Part shown: positions 28,891 to 38,187 of the stretch, piece by piece
Numbering within the stretch: position 1 is the stretch's first letter
How the letters are laid out: the number at the start of each line of letters is the position of its first letter
Source of the DNA: an uncultured bacterium
GTDB taxonomy: Bacteria > Verrucomicrobiota > Verrucomicrobiia > Limisphaerales > JACDHS01
NCBI GenBank assembly: GCA_966112985.1
Contig: CBHWET010000003.1
Span: forward strand, 1-56,092
DNA: 56,092 nucleotides
Direction of reading: 5' to 3'
Notes under the pieces: model-generated
What the model saw: the letters and a program-made list of their open reading frames with translations, nothing else
Told to the model about the DNA's origin: nothing
Databases searched by the model: none
Made by a program: the position numbers and the translations under genes

Positions 28891-29837
28891 ATCAGTTCGC
28901 CATTGTTTTGCTCGCGGTCCTGCCGGTCTTTTCGATCATCGGTGCCGGTATCTTCATGCGGAAGGTCAACTGGCTCACCGAAGAAGCCGATAAGAGTTTA
29001 TTGCGGGTAACCATCAACCTGCTGGCGCCAGCACTCATTTTCGATTCGATCCTTCACAACGATGCGCTCAGGAATGTCAGCAATGTTCTGGTAGCTCCCC
29101 TCGTAGGTTTCGGCACGGCTGCTCTCGGAATGGGACTTGCGTTTCTCTTCCGAAATATCGTCACGAAAGACAAAAGAATACTTGCAACATTCGCGGTATG
29201 TGTGGGCATTTATAATTACGGTTACATCCCGGTACCGCTGATAAACTCATTGTTCGATCGCAAAACCCTGGGCGTTTTATTCGTTCATAATCTCGGCGTA
29301 GAGACGTGCATCTGGACCCTCGGACTCATCGTTCTTGGTGCAAGCAACAGAGAAAAGGGCTGGCGGCAACTGATAAACGCTCCGGTTATCGCAATCTTTG
29401 TAGCGCTCGGCGTGAACTTTCTCGGCCCCGAACATTTCATTCCCGATTTCCTCCTCGCGACGGCAAAGATGCTTGGCCAATGCTCAATTCCAATGGGCCT
29501 CATTCTAGTCGGCGCGACGATGGCGGATCACATGCATGAGTTCCACTCGGCTCACGGCTGGCGCATCATTCTCTCTGGCTGCATCGTTCGGCTCGGTATC
29601 GCACCGATTTGTTTCATGCTGCTGGCAAAGTTCCTCCCCTGCTCTGCCGAATTGAAACGCGTCATTATCGTACAAGGCGCCATGCCAACCGCAACGTTTC
29701 CGATTATCATGGCAAAGCATTACGACGGCGATCCACCGACGGCACTTCGCATCCTAGTCGCAACATCCGTAGTCGGCCTCCTAACGATTCCGCTTTGGAT
29801 CCGATTCGGATTGAAGTTTGTGTTTCCTGACCTTTAA
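28887..29837 (+). CDS. AEC (auxin efflux carrier) family transporter
   Basis: About 10 TM segments with PALIF, NYGYIPVP, IPMGLILVG and AMPTA. Confidence 0.9.
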   Translation: MNQFAIVLLAVLPVFSIIGAGIFMRKVNWLTEEADKSLLRVTINLLAPALIFDSILHNDALRNVSNVLVAPLVGFGTAALGMGLAFLFRNIVTKDKRILATFAVCVGIYNYGYIPVPLINSLFDRKTLGVLFVHNLGVETCIWTLGLIVLGASNREKGWRQLINAPVIAIFVALGVNFLGPEHFIPDFLLATAKMLGQCSIPMGLILVGATMADHMHEFHSAHGWRIILSGCIVRLGIAPICFMLLAKFLPCSAELKRVIIVQGAMPTATFPIIMAKHYDGDPPTALRILVATSVVGLLTIPLWIRFGLKFVFPDL

Positions 29838-29900
29838 TCGCGCCTAGCACTGCCCGGGCTCTCTGCTTCACCATTCCGGAAATTACTTTTGGCAACCGCT

Positions 29901-31424
29901 CTAGGCCGAGAAACCTTCAATTGCCTTGATTAGGCCTTCGATCGTATGCGGCCGTGCTTCAACCGCTGGTTTAACTCCCAACGCCGCGAGAGCCTTTGAA
30001 GTCTCCGGGCCAATTGAGGCGAGCTTTATTTGGGGAAATTTCGTCAACAGCTGCGGCAGATTCAAACGCGCGTGAAAGTTTTCAACCGTCGACCCGCTCG
30101 TGAATGTAATCCAGTCGGCACCGGCTTCATTCAATTTCGCAACGCTGCCCGTTAAATCTTCTGTTTCAGGGCTCGTTTTATAACACGCAACATCATCGAC
30201 GATGGCGCCCATCTCTTCGAGTTGTTTTGGCAGGTCGGTGTTCGCCACTTCTGCACGCAACAAAAGAATGTTCAGGTTCTCGATGCTTTCAAACTTTTGA
30301 AAAGCATCAGCAATCTTTTTCGCGACGTATTCCTCCGGCATTAAGTCGACTTTAAGGTGTAATTCTTTCAACTTCGCAGCTGTTGCGGGACCGACAGCGG
30401 CGATGCGCACACCACCGATGTCTCGCATATCGTCGAACGCGCGGAAGAAATATTCGAAAAACGTCGCCACCCCGTTTGGACTCGTAAACACGAGCCAGTC
30501 ATATGAATTCAGGCCAAGCATTGCGTCAGCCAAATCCTTTGGATCGGTGGGAGGTCCTATTTTTATTGTAGGAATCTCGAGCACGTCCGCGCCGCGTTCC
30601 AGGAGTTCGCGTGAGAGTTCACTCGCCTGCTCACGCGTGCGGGTGACGACAATGCGTCGACCGAATAGTGAACGCTTTTCAAACCAGTTCAGCTTTCCAC
30701 GGAGTTTTACGACGTCGCCAACGATGGTTACTGACGGTGGAGAAAATTTCGTTTCTTCGACAACCCGTCCAATTGTCGCCAGTGTTCCTTCGATCGATTG
30801 CTGTCTTCCTAGCGTCCCCCAACGAACCATCGCTACCGGCGTATCTTTCTGCATTCCGTTTTCAATGAGCCGCGCGCCGATTTCACCCATCCGTTCCGTT
30901 CCCATGAGAATGACTTTGGTACCTGGCGTCTTTGCGACCTGAGCCCAATTGATATTGGTTTCTTCTTTTTCAGGGTCTTCATGCCCAGTGATGACGCTGA
31001 ATCCGGAGCTGTAGTCTCGATGGGTTAACGGAATCCCGGCGTAATTCGCAACAGCGGCCACAGAAGAAATACCAGGAACCACTTCGAAAGGCACTTTAGC
31101 GGCCACCAATTCTTCAGCCTCTTCACCGCCACGGCCGAAGGTATAAGGATCTCCGCCTTTCAAGCGCACCACACATTTGCCTTCACGCGCTTTGGCAACG
31201 AGCAACTGATTCAGCTCACCTTGAGGAATGGCGTGAACATGGGCACGCTTGCCACCAAAAATAAATTCAGCCGTTTTTGGCGCAAGCCGGAGCAGGTCAG
31301 GATTTACGAGCGCGTCATAAACAACAACGTCCGCACGTTTCAAAAGCTCCGCGCCTCGCAACGTCAATAGTCCCACATCACCGGGACCAGCTCCAACCAG
31401 ATAAACAATACCTTTGGATTTCAT
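29901..31424 (-). CDS. cobA: Uroporphyrinogen-III C-methyltransferase / uroporphyrinogen-III synthase fusion (CobA-HemD)
   Basis: VYLVGAGPGD, RLKGGDPYTFGRGGEE, GIPLTHR, then a HemD domain (RIVVTR, FTSPNGV, FTSGSTV, SIGPET). GGAGA RBS before ATG 31424. Confidence 0.93.
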   Translation of the reverse strand: MKSKGIVYLVGAGPGDVGLLTLRGAELLKRADVVVYDALVNPDLLRLAPKTAEFIFGGKRAHVHAIPQGELNQLLVAKAREGKCVVRLKGGDPYTFGRGGEEAEELVAAKVPFEVVPGISSVAAVANYAGIPLTHRDYSSGFSVITGHEDPEKEETNINWAQVAKTPGTKVILMGTERMGEIGARLIENGMQKDTPVAMVRWGTLGRQQSIEGTLATIGRVVEETKFSPPSVTIVGDVVKLRGKLNWFEKRSLFGRRIVVTRTREQASELSRELLERGADVLEIPTIKIGPPTDPKDLADAMLGLNSYDWLVFTSPNGVATFFEYFFRAFDDMRDIGGVRIAAVGPATAAKLKELHLKVDLMPEEYVAKKIADAFQKFESIENLNILLLRAEVANTDLPKQLEEMGAIVDDVACYKTSPETEDLTGSVAKLNEAGADWITFTSGSTVENFHARLNLPQLLTKFPQIKLASIGPETSKALAALGVKPAVEARPHTIEGLIKAIEGFSA

Positions 31425-31629
31425 GTCTCCAGAGGCAATTGTTTCTTTAAACGGTCCGATCGGCAACTGCTTCTTTTGCGTCCGTGGGTCGTCACTATCG
31501 GCTGTGTCGGACTTTCCAGAAAAGAAGTCCGATAATGATCACGAACACAAGCAACATCCAGGAACTGTGTGACATATTGAATTCCCCAGTTCCATGCAGA
31601 CATAGAACTGGGGATAACTTTTCTAAAGT

Positions 31630-32199
31630 TTATGGATTGCTCTGAGGAGAAGTTGTTCCCCCTTGCGAAGTGCCGGAACTTGTTCCAGAAGAACTGCCCT
31701 GTCCGGAAACTCGAAGCATATTGCGGACTTCATTTACTCCGCTGATTTGGCGAAGTTGGCGTTCAATCTGTTGTTTCTCTGTGTCACTGTTCACCAGGCC
31801 CTGGATGGTGATCACTCCCGGTGTTGAATATGCAGAGGCCGCACCGCTGGCGTCGATCACGGTGCTCCCGTTTGTTGCACTGGAGGTCGAACCGCCGACC
31901 GACAAACCAGAACTACTAGTGGAACTGCCCGTTCCAGAAGTGCTGGTTCCAGAACTGGAAGTTCCTGCGCCGCTTGGTTCATTGATACTGGAACCGCTCG
32001 TTGAGCCCCCAGAACTTGAGCTGCTGCCCGATGTTCCACTGGTACCGCTGCCACTTGTATCGCTGCTGGAACCTGAAGTACCGCTTGAAGAACCGGAACT
32101 TCCGCCACTACTTCCAGAACTGCCGCCTCCGCTGCTTTGTGCAAAGAGAGCGCCGTTCAACATTGCCAGACATGTGATGATGATTGCGTATTTTTTCAT
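31630..32199 (-). CDS. Secreted Ser/Gly-rich protein with a single BON domain
   Basis: Signal peptide MKKYAIIITCLAMLNGALFA, a long S/G/T low-complexity tract and BON-like GVITIQGLV...ISGVNEVRNMLRV. Confidence 0.8.
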   Translation of the reverse strand: MKKYAIIITCLAMLNGALFAQSSGGGSSGSSGGSSGSSSGTSGSSSDTSGSGTSGTSGSSSSSGGSTSGSSINEPSGAGTSSSGTSTSGTGSSTSSSGLSVGGSTSSATNGSTVIDASGAASAYSTPGVITIQGLVNSDTEKQQIERQLRQISGVNEVRNMLRVSGQGSSSGTSSGTSQGGTTSPQSNP

Positions 32200-32410
32200 A
32201 ATTTGTGTGTTGTTACCTATGCTTGTGACAACCGTTTGTCGCTGCACAACGGTCTCCGATGACACTCGTTCACAGATGTTCCATCGCAATCAACGTCGAC
32301 GCCGATTTGATGACGCAGCATTGGCGTAATTCGACTTCGGAGTTCCTCTTACCCGGCGAGTAGGTTTGAAAATGAACCGCGAGGAAGGGAGGTTATTTGC
32401 AACAGCGACT

Positions 32411-33529
32411 ATGACGAATCACCGGCCTCGATCAAAAGCATTGGCAACAGTTCTTTCTAACCGCGATTTGTCTGAATTGCTCGCTGCGGAAGCTGGGGTC
32501 ATAGCTCGTTCAACTGCCGCCAAGGCGTTTAAAAGAGCTGCACGAAATGCGTTTCTATGGCCGGAGGAAGCGCGCAGTTTGCTGGAGCAACAACGTTCAT
32601 TGACCGAATTGGAGGGCGTCGGCCCGTTTATCGCAAAGCAGATTCAACAGTGGTTTGATAATCCACCCACCCCGCCACCGCGCGACGCCCTGCGAGAGAA
32701 CTTTCTGACCTTGAGCGAAGCGCGCAAAGCCCTGGCAAAGAAACCCGATTGGCAGCAGCGCTATAAAGGAGATCTCCAGATGCATACGGACTGGAGTGAT
32801 GGTTCCGGCACCGTGCAGGACATGGCTGACGCTGCAATAGCCAGAGGATACGAATACATCGGCATCACTGATCACTCAAAGGGTTTGAAGATCGCGGGCG
32901 GCATTGACGAATCACAATTACGACGACAATCCGCAGAGATCGACGCCATCAATGCGACGTTCGCGAAACAAGGCAAAAATTTTCAGGTTCTCCATTCGAT
33001 TGAGCTAAACCTCAATCCACTTGGCGAAGGGGATATGGACCTGGATGCTTTAGCTCAGCTCGACCTGGTCGTGGGTTCGTTTCACTCTGCGCTACGCGTA
33101 AAAGGTGACCAGACGGATCGCTATCTCGCCGCATTGAGAAATCCATCCGTTCATATCCTGGGTCATCCGCGTGGACGCGTTTTCAACTATCGCATTGGAC
33201 TCACAGCCGATTGGAAAAGGGTGTTTGCGGAGGCGGCGCGTCTTGATAAAGCAGTTGAAGTAGATAGTTATCCCGACCGACAAGATCTCGATATCGAATT
33301 GTTACAACTTGCCCGCGCGGAAGGATGCAAGATCGCTATCGACACTGACGCTCATCATCCCTGGCAACTCGCGTTCATCGAACTTGGTTTGGCGGCTGCA
33401 CTCCTTGCCGGTATTGAGCCGGAGAACATCATAAACTTCATGCCTGCCAATGATGTTATCGAATGGGCCAAACAAACGCGCGGGAACAGACGACGCCAGA
33501 GCGTTAAGTCGAAGGCTTCTTTGAAGTAA
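32411..33529 (+). CDS. PHP-domain protein with PolX-type N-terminal helix-hairpin-helix domain, no polymerase core
   Basis: N-terminal 'AFKRAA...LTELEGVGPFIA' (HHH_8-like), then GDLQMHTDWSDG, ITDHS, SFHS, GHPRGR and DTDAH of the PolX-type PHP domain. Confidence 0.85.
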   Translation: MTNHRPRSKALATVLSNRDLSELLAAEAGVIARSTAAKAFKRAARNAFLWPEEARSLLEQQRSLTELEGVGPFIAKQIQQWFDNPPTPPPRDALRENFLTLSEARKALAKKPDWQQRYKGDLQMHTDWSDGSGTVQDMADAAIARGYEYIGITDHSKGLKIAGGIDESQLRRQSAEIDAINATFAKQGKNFQVLHSIELNLNPLGEGDMDLDALAQLDLVVGSFHSALRVKGDQTDRYLAALRNPSVHILGHPRGRVFNYRIGLTADWKRVFAEAARLDKAVEVDSYPDRQDLDIELLQLARAEGCKIAIDTDAHHPWQLAFIELGLAAALLAGIEPENIINFMPANDVIEWAKQTRGNRRRQSVKSKASLK

Positions 33530-33935
33530 TATCAATTATCCGCTCTCGCCCTTTGACCTCAGGAAGCGGCACGTCACAAAACATCCTGAGGCGCACGCCG
33601 ATGTTCTGCGCCAGTTCAATCATTTCCTCAACACAATCAGCCGGCAGCCACGCTCGGCAATTGTGTTCCCATAATCCTAACCACGCCCCGAAATGCTCTT
33701 CTTTCAATCCCAAAGGAATGTGTCTCAGCGGCATGGGGCCGGAGTACCGAACGGGACCGCCCGTCGCGTTTGACCAGAAGTCGGCAATCTTTTCAATGTG
33801 CTTCGGCCAATCTTCGATCTGCTGATTAAAGATTGGCCCTATCACCGCATGCTGCCGAACGTCGGCATAGAAATGGTGAAGAAAGCGAACCAACTTTTCT
33901 CGGCCGCCAATACGATCAAACAGCGAAGAACTCAC
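33504..33935 (-). CDS. Group III truncated hemoglobin (trHbP)
   Basis: LFDRIGG, FYADVRQH..IGPIF, WPKHIEKIADFW, YSG.MPLRH, HFGAWLGLW. Confidence 0.9.
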   Translation of the reverse strand: MSSSLFDRIGGREKLVRFLHHFYADVRQHAVIGPIFNQQIEDWPKHIEKIADFWSNATGGPVRYSGPMPLRHIPLGLKEEHFGAWLGLWEHNCRAWLPADCVEEMIELAQNIGVRLRMFCDVPLPEVKGRERIIDITSKKPST

Positions 33936-33979
33936 CCCTCACACCTACAACTTCGCGAATAAAATGCAACCGCAACAAT

Positions 33980-34150
33980 CTATCGTTTGCGACTGATCGT
34001 GCCAGTGACAGCCAATTCACCTTCCCGGGCGCCCGTACGTTTCTTTTTCGCGCCTGCAATGGAACCAATTTCTTTCAAATCCCCCTGGCGACCTGCGTCC
34101 TTCTTATTCTTTGCCACTTTACCGCTCGGTTTACCTTTGTTCTCAGCCAT
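33980..34150 (-). CDS. Small basic hypothetical protein (56 aa)
   Basis: AGGAGG RBS upstream of ATG 34150; MAENKGKPSGKVAKNKK..., Lys/Gly/Arg-rich. Confidence 0.6.
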   Translation of the reverse strand: MAENKGKPSGKVAKNKKDAGRQGDLKEIGSIAGAKKKRTGAREGELAVTGTISRKR

Positions 34151-34325
34151 AAAAAACCTCCTGCGCCAACGATAACCGGTCACGTCTCGCCTGTCTAATC
34201 GGGGCATAGATCAGAACGGTCTTGCTACTTGGCGAAAAATCTTTAGAGTTCGTCTCGTTCCCAATCTCATCGGTAAAACTCCCGATCCCCTCCGCAGTAT
34301 GTCCACGCCCTGATTACATAATTCT

Positions 34326-35372
34326 ATGCACACGTCCGAAAACCAAAGTCCGAAGGGACCTAAGCGTCTGGGCAAAGGGTTCCGCACCGTCGCGTTCGTC
34401 ATCGTCGCGTTGCTTGTCGTATGGATGATTTTCCACGCGCAGCCCGCAAAGGTCTCTGCGGTTGCGTCTAAATCATCGGATACAAATTCCCTGTCAGCGA
34501 AAGATCGGCTTGCGATTGGTCCTTCGAAAATCAGAACCACGTTGGTGCCTCATCAACGCAACCAAACTTCCGGCGCTGCGGCATACGCAACACTCACCAA
34601 CCAGCCAATGAGGCTCACCAGGAAAGTTCTCGTAAGCAAAAAGTGGAACAACGGGCCCGACTCGTTTGGCCTCGACACGCCGCCGCCAGGCAAAGAAGGC
34701 GCAACCATCGGGCCGGCCGCCGTGACTTATTTCCAAGGCAAACTCTACGTCCTCGATAATCCAAACAAACGCATTCTGGCCTACGATGAAGCCGGGAATC
34801 TTCTTTCCTCCATCAACCTTCCGAACAACGTCGCCACTGATCTTTCAGTAGATGCTTCCGGAACAGCGTTGATTCTGATCGACCACATGCATGACAAGGT
34901 GTATCGCGTCGATGGCAACCAACTCACGTTGCTTTCTTCTGTGCCATTGAAGGAAAACTTCCCGCTCGGAACAAAATTTTCCTATGACCCGGCGTCCGAT
35001 ACGTTGTCGACGCAGGAAGTACATCAGGATGGCCTTGCGGACATTGACGGCAACAACCTCATATTGAATTTAAAAAACGGCGAAAAACTCGGCATCCCTT
35101 TCGATAAACCCGTCGCTTGCGTTGAAGAAATCGTTACGGATTCCAACGGGATAATGTGGGTTCTCTACACGCTCGAGGGCGATTACCAGATGCGGCGCAT
35201 CGCCCGGGTTGATCCGGCGCGGGGCACAGTTGGGACAACCACCGTGGATGTTTATTTCTCTTTTGATGCGACTCGACACATGGCGGCCACGGGCAACGGC
35301 ATTGTCTTGTTCGGCGGCGATAACAACGAAGGACGCCTGATCAGCTTCAACTACGCTGGCACCTCCTTCTGA
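34326..35372 (+). CDS. Membrane-anchored NHL/beta-propeller-like hypothetical protein
   Basis: N-terminal TM (VAFVIVALLVVWMIF); GPAAV...LYVLDNPNKRILAYD and IVTDSNGIMWVL resemble propeller blades. Confidence 0.65.
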   Translation: MHTSENQSPKGPKRLGKGFRTVAFVIVALLVVWMIFHAQPAKVSAVASKSSDTNSLSAKDRLAIGPSKIRTTLVPHQRNQTSGAAAYATLTNQPMRLTRKVLVSKKWNNGPDSFGLDTPPPGKEGATIGPAAVTYFQGKLYVLDNPNKRILAYDEAGNLLSSINLPNNVATDLSVDASGTALILIDHMHDKVYRVDGNQLTLLSSVPLKENFPLGTKFSYDPASDTLSTQEVHQDGLADIDGNNLILNLKNGEKLGIPFDKPVACVEEIVTDSNGIMWVLYTLEGDYQMRRIARVDPARGTVGTTTVDVYFSFDATRHMAATGNGIVLFGGDNNEGRLISFNYAGTSF

Positions 35373-35434
35373 TCCGAACAGTTCTCCACCCGCAACATCC
35401 ACCCGGAACACAGGACTAAAACTAAAAACACAAA

Positions 35435-36415
35435 ATGAAAACACATCGAATGCAGAAACTTATTACGAGTGTGGCGGGCATGGCTCTCCTCGTGTTAACA
35501 GCACAGGTCAGTCACGCGTACGATACAACGTGGAAAAAGAGCCAGTGCGATACTTACTCATTGCACGGTCTCAGCGAACGCTATGTGTTCGGCGGTGATG
35601 CTGGCTGGATCGACAACAACGTCTGGGATGCGTCATCGACAGAAGGCGTGGACTGTTCCTCTTACGTTCCACGGTGCTGGGCCACCGATGGCCCAAGTGA
35701 CAGCTATCTCGGCGAACATACCGCCGGTAGTCATCCATACAGCACCTACAACTATTACCCCGGCGAAGTTCCACACACTATTCAGGTGAGTCAGTCGAGT
35801 CTTCAACAGTGGGACTGCTTTGTTTACAGCCTGGATACAACTGGCTGTGGTCCAGGTAACCATATGGGGCTCGTCAAAGCAACGGATGCGAGCAATATCT
35901 ATACTCGCGAAGCACGGGGCAGTTCCTACGGTGTAGTGGAAGTGACACGCAGCAAACAAAGCCTTACCGACGCCTGCTCGCGATATTTCCGCCGTGACGC
36001 CTGGGGTCCTGAAAGCACTACTGCGTACATTGTAGACAACACGAGTTCGGGCTTCAGCGTCACTGGAACCTGGGCAAGCGGCACTGGTTCCACCGACAAA
36101 TACGGCACCGATTATCGCTATCACTCAACGGCCCCGGTCAGTGAACCCGCCGCGTGGACGGTCACCCTTCCATCCACCAAGACCTACAGTGTGTATGCAT
36201 GGTGGCCGCAAGGTTCCAATCGTTCGACGACCGCCTCGTACATTATTTATCACGCCACCGGCTCAACGACCGTCCCGGTCAATCAACAGATTAACGGTGG
36301 AAAGTGGAACCTGCTGGGCAGCTTCAGCTGCAATTCAGGTGCGAACACGGTGAAACTCTCCTGCTGGACAACAACTGGTTATGTCGTTGTTGCTGACGCA
36401 GTGAAGTGGCAGTAA
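35435..36415 (+). CDS. Secreted NlpC/P60-like cysteine hydrolase with a C-terminal golvesin-like (carbohydrate-binding-like) domain
   Basis: Signal peptide; YVFGG...GVDCSSYV...HMGLV...EA (Cys-His dyad); C-terminal IVDN...W...YGTDY...YSVYAWW...VNQQINGGKWNLLGSF...ADAVKW. Confidence 0.75.
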   Translation: MKTHRMQKLITSVAGMALLVLTAQVSHAYDTTWKKSQCDTYSLHGLSERYVFGGDAGWIDNNVWDASSTEGVDCSSYVPRCWATDGPSDSYLGEHTAGSHPYSTYNYYPGEVPHTIQVSQSSLQQWDCFVYSLDTTGCGPGNHMGLVKATDASNIYTREARGSSYGVVEVTRSKQSLTDACSRYFRRDAWGPESTTAYIVDNTSSGFSVTGTWASGTGSTDKYGTDYRYHSTAPVSEPAAWTVTLPSTKTYSVYAWWPQGSNRSTTASYIIYHATGSTTVPVNQQINGGKWNLLGSFSCNSGANTVKLSCWTTTGYVVVADAVKWQ

Positions 36416-36734
36416 TTGCGTTTCAAACTTATCCCCCCAACAACACCTCGTTTTTTCAGATATGTTCAAGAAGTCAGGGACGTCTGAAAGAGATTTGCCT
36501 TCCGCCTGCCGCATTCGGAAAAGAATCTTCCGCTGACGTCGCGACGCATTTTTTCATCCTGACAGACACCGCTCGACGCACGCTGCACCCAAAAACATCG
36601 TGACAATGGGATATCCGCGCCTCGCGGAGGAAATTTCACGTTGGAAAAACCGGCTCCACGCTCAAGTCATTCCAAAACATCGTTCCCGCGATCCGGCGAC
36701 GAAAATCTCGGGTAAATCCACGCTGAAAATTCCC

Positions 36735-37045
36735 CCGCGACGAAAATTTCACCCAATTTCAGGCTGAAAATGACCCATCGACGCGCGGTTGTGGAATTTT
36801 CATTCTATAAACGACCCTTCGACGCGGTCGAAGCCCCACTTTCAGGCTGGAAACACCTCTTCGACGCCGTCGAAGCACCATTTTCAGGATGAAATCGGGT
36901 CATCGACGCCGTCGAAGGGATAATTTCAGCCTGAAAACACCTCATCGACACGGTCGAAGGGGCATTTTCACCCTGAAATTGGACCATCGCCCGCGTCGAA
37001 GCCTCATTTTCAGGCTGGAATCGAGTCATCGACGCGTCGAAGCAC
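36735..37045. repeat. Tandem array, 42-bp period, about 7 units of two alternating palindromes
   Basis: Alternating (A/T)TCGACGC(C/G)GTCGAAG and TTTCAGGCTGAAA-type palindromes. TCGAC starts at 36778, 36819, 36861, 36903, 36945, 36987 (TCGCC) and 37029. It decays leftward to about 36630. Confidence 0.88.
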
Positions 37046-37411
37046 TTTTTACAAGGCTGTAAATGAGTGACTTAGGAGAATTTCCGTCAAAAACAGCTGA
37101 TTTGAATCACCCCCCCCCGACAATTGTTGTCTCCAAGCGCATCAATGTTCCATCACTTTGGACAAGCCATTCTCATCTACGATTCGTTATTTGTCTGCGC
37201 CGGCCCGTCGTTGATTTCCACGATTTTTTGTCCGATTCCACCCGTTTGTGGACACTTATGGGTAGGTGTATGCCGAATCCATCGATATTCGTGCCGTCGT
37301 TGTCCGGCGAATGAAACGTGAACATTCCGCGTAACGTTTCGTCCGGAGCGGTGTCGGAATCAGGAATACGGAATGGATAGCACTTGACCTCAAGGGTTAC
37401 GGGTTAATCCG

Positions 37412-38164
37412 GTGGGCAAAGGCATTCACCTGAAACGATTGCAAAAGATTCGTCAAAAGCTTGAAAGACTCCCGGTCAGATGGCGGCGGGCCGTGTTGTC
37501 TGCTTTGACAGCTATTCTGGTGTTGCTCGTGACGCCTATTTTCCAAGTCATCTATACAGGATGCGTCGATCCCTCGACTACCGGGCCGATCGTGCTGAAC
37601 CAATTGAGAGCAAAAGCCTATGGTCTGAGCAAACCGCCAGTCAAACTTAGCTGGTGCAACTTGCGAGATGTATCACGCGCGTTTCTGACGACTGTTTGGG
37701 TCGGCGAAGACGGGAAATTTTTCCGGCACAGCGGCTTTGATTGGGAACAGATTCGCCTTTCACAAAAGGAAGCTATGCGCACCGGAAAGCCCGCGCGTGG
37801 TGCGTCAACAATAACACAGCAATGTGCGCGTTCACTTTTCCTATGGCAGGGCAGATCGTGGACCCGCAAAATTCTTGAAGCCTACTACACCATCTGGATG
37901 GAACTGCTTCTGCCGAAAAACCGCATATTTGAACTCTACGTCAATGTCATTGAATTGGGCGATGGTATCTACGGGATTGAAGCGGCCTCCCAAAACTATT
38001 TCCAAAAAACGGCTAAGCAATTGACACAGGAGGAATCAGCAGCGTTGGTGGCCATCATGCCGCGTCCACGGTCGTGGGATCCCTTGAAACCCGATGACGT
38101 GCGCCGCAGTCGACAGGCTATGCTGATCCAACGATCCGCGCGGGTTACCTTTCCCATTCGATAA
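37412..38164 (+). CDS. mtgA: Monofunctional biosynthetic peptidoglycan transglycosylase
   Basis: GT51 motifs EDGKFFRHSGFD, RGASTITQQCARSLFLW, RKILEAY, YVNVIELGDGIYGIEAAS. Confidence 0.92.
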   Translation: MGKGIHLKRLQKIRQKLERLPVRWRRAVLSALTAILVLLVTPIFQVIYTGCVDPSTTGPIVLNQLRAKAYGLSKPPVKLSWCNLRDVSRAFLTTVWVGEDGKFFRHSGFDWEQIRLSQKEAMRTGKPARGASTITQQCARSLFLWQGRSWTRKILEAYYTIWMELLLPKNRIFELYVNVIELGDGIYGIEAASQNYFQKTAKQLTQEESAALVAIMPRPRSWDPLKPDDVRRSRQAMLIQRSARVTFPIR

Positions 38165-38187
38165 ACATTTTTACAGACCTAAACACA

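Noticed and set aside
31670-32329. Pro/Glu/Leu-rich 219-aa plus-strand ORF
   Set aside because: It is the antisense reading of the Ser/Gly tract of the BON-domain gene.
37063-37400. Short ORFs between array 3 and mtgA
   Set aside because: No recognisable motif on either strand. A gene remnant is possible but cannot be supported.
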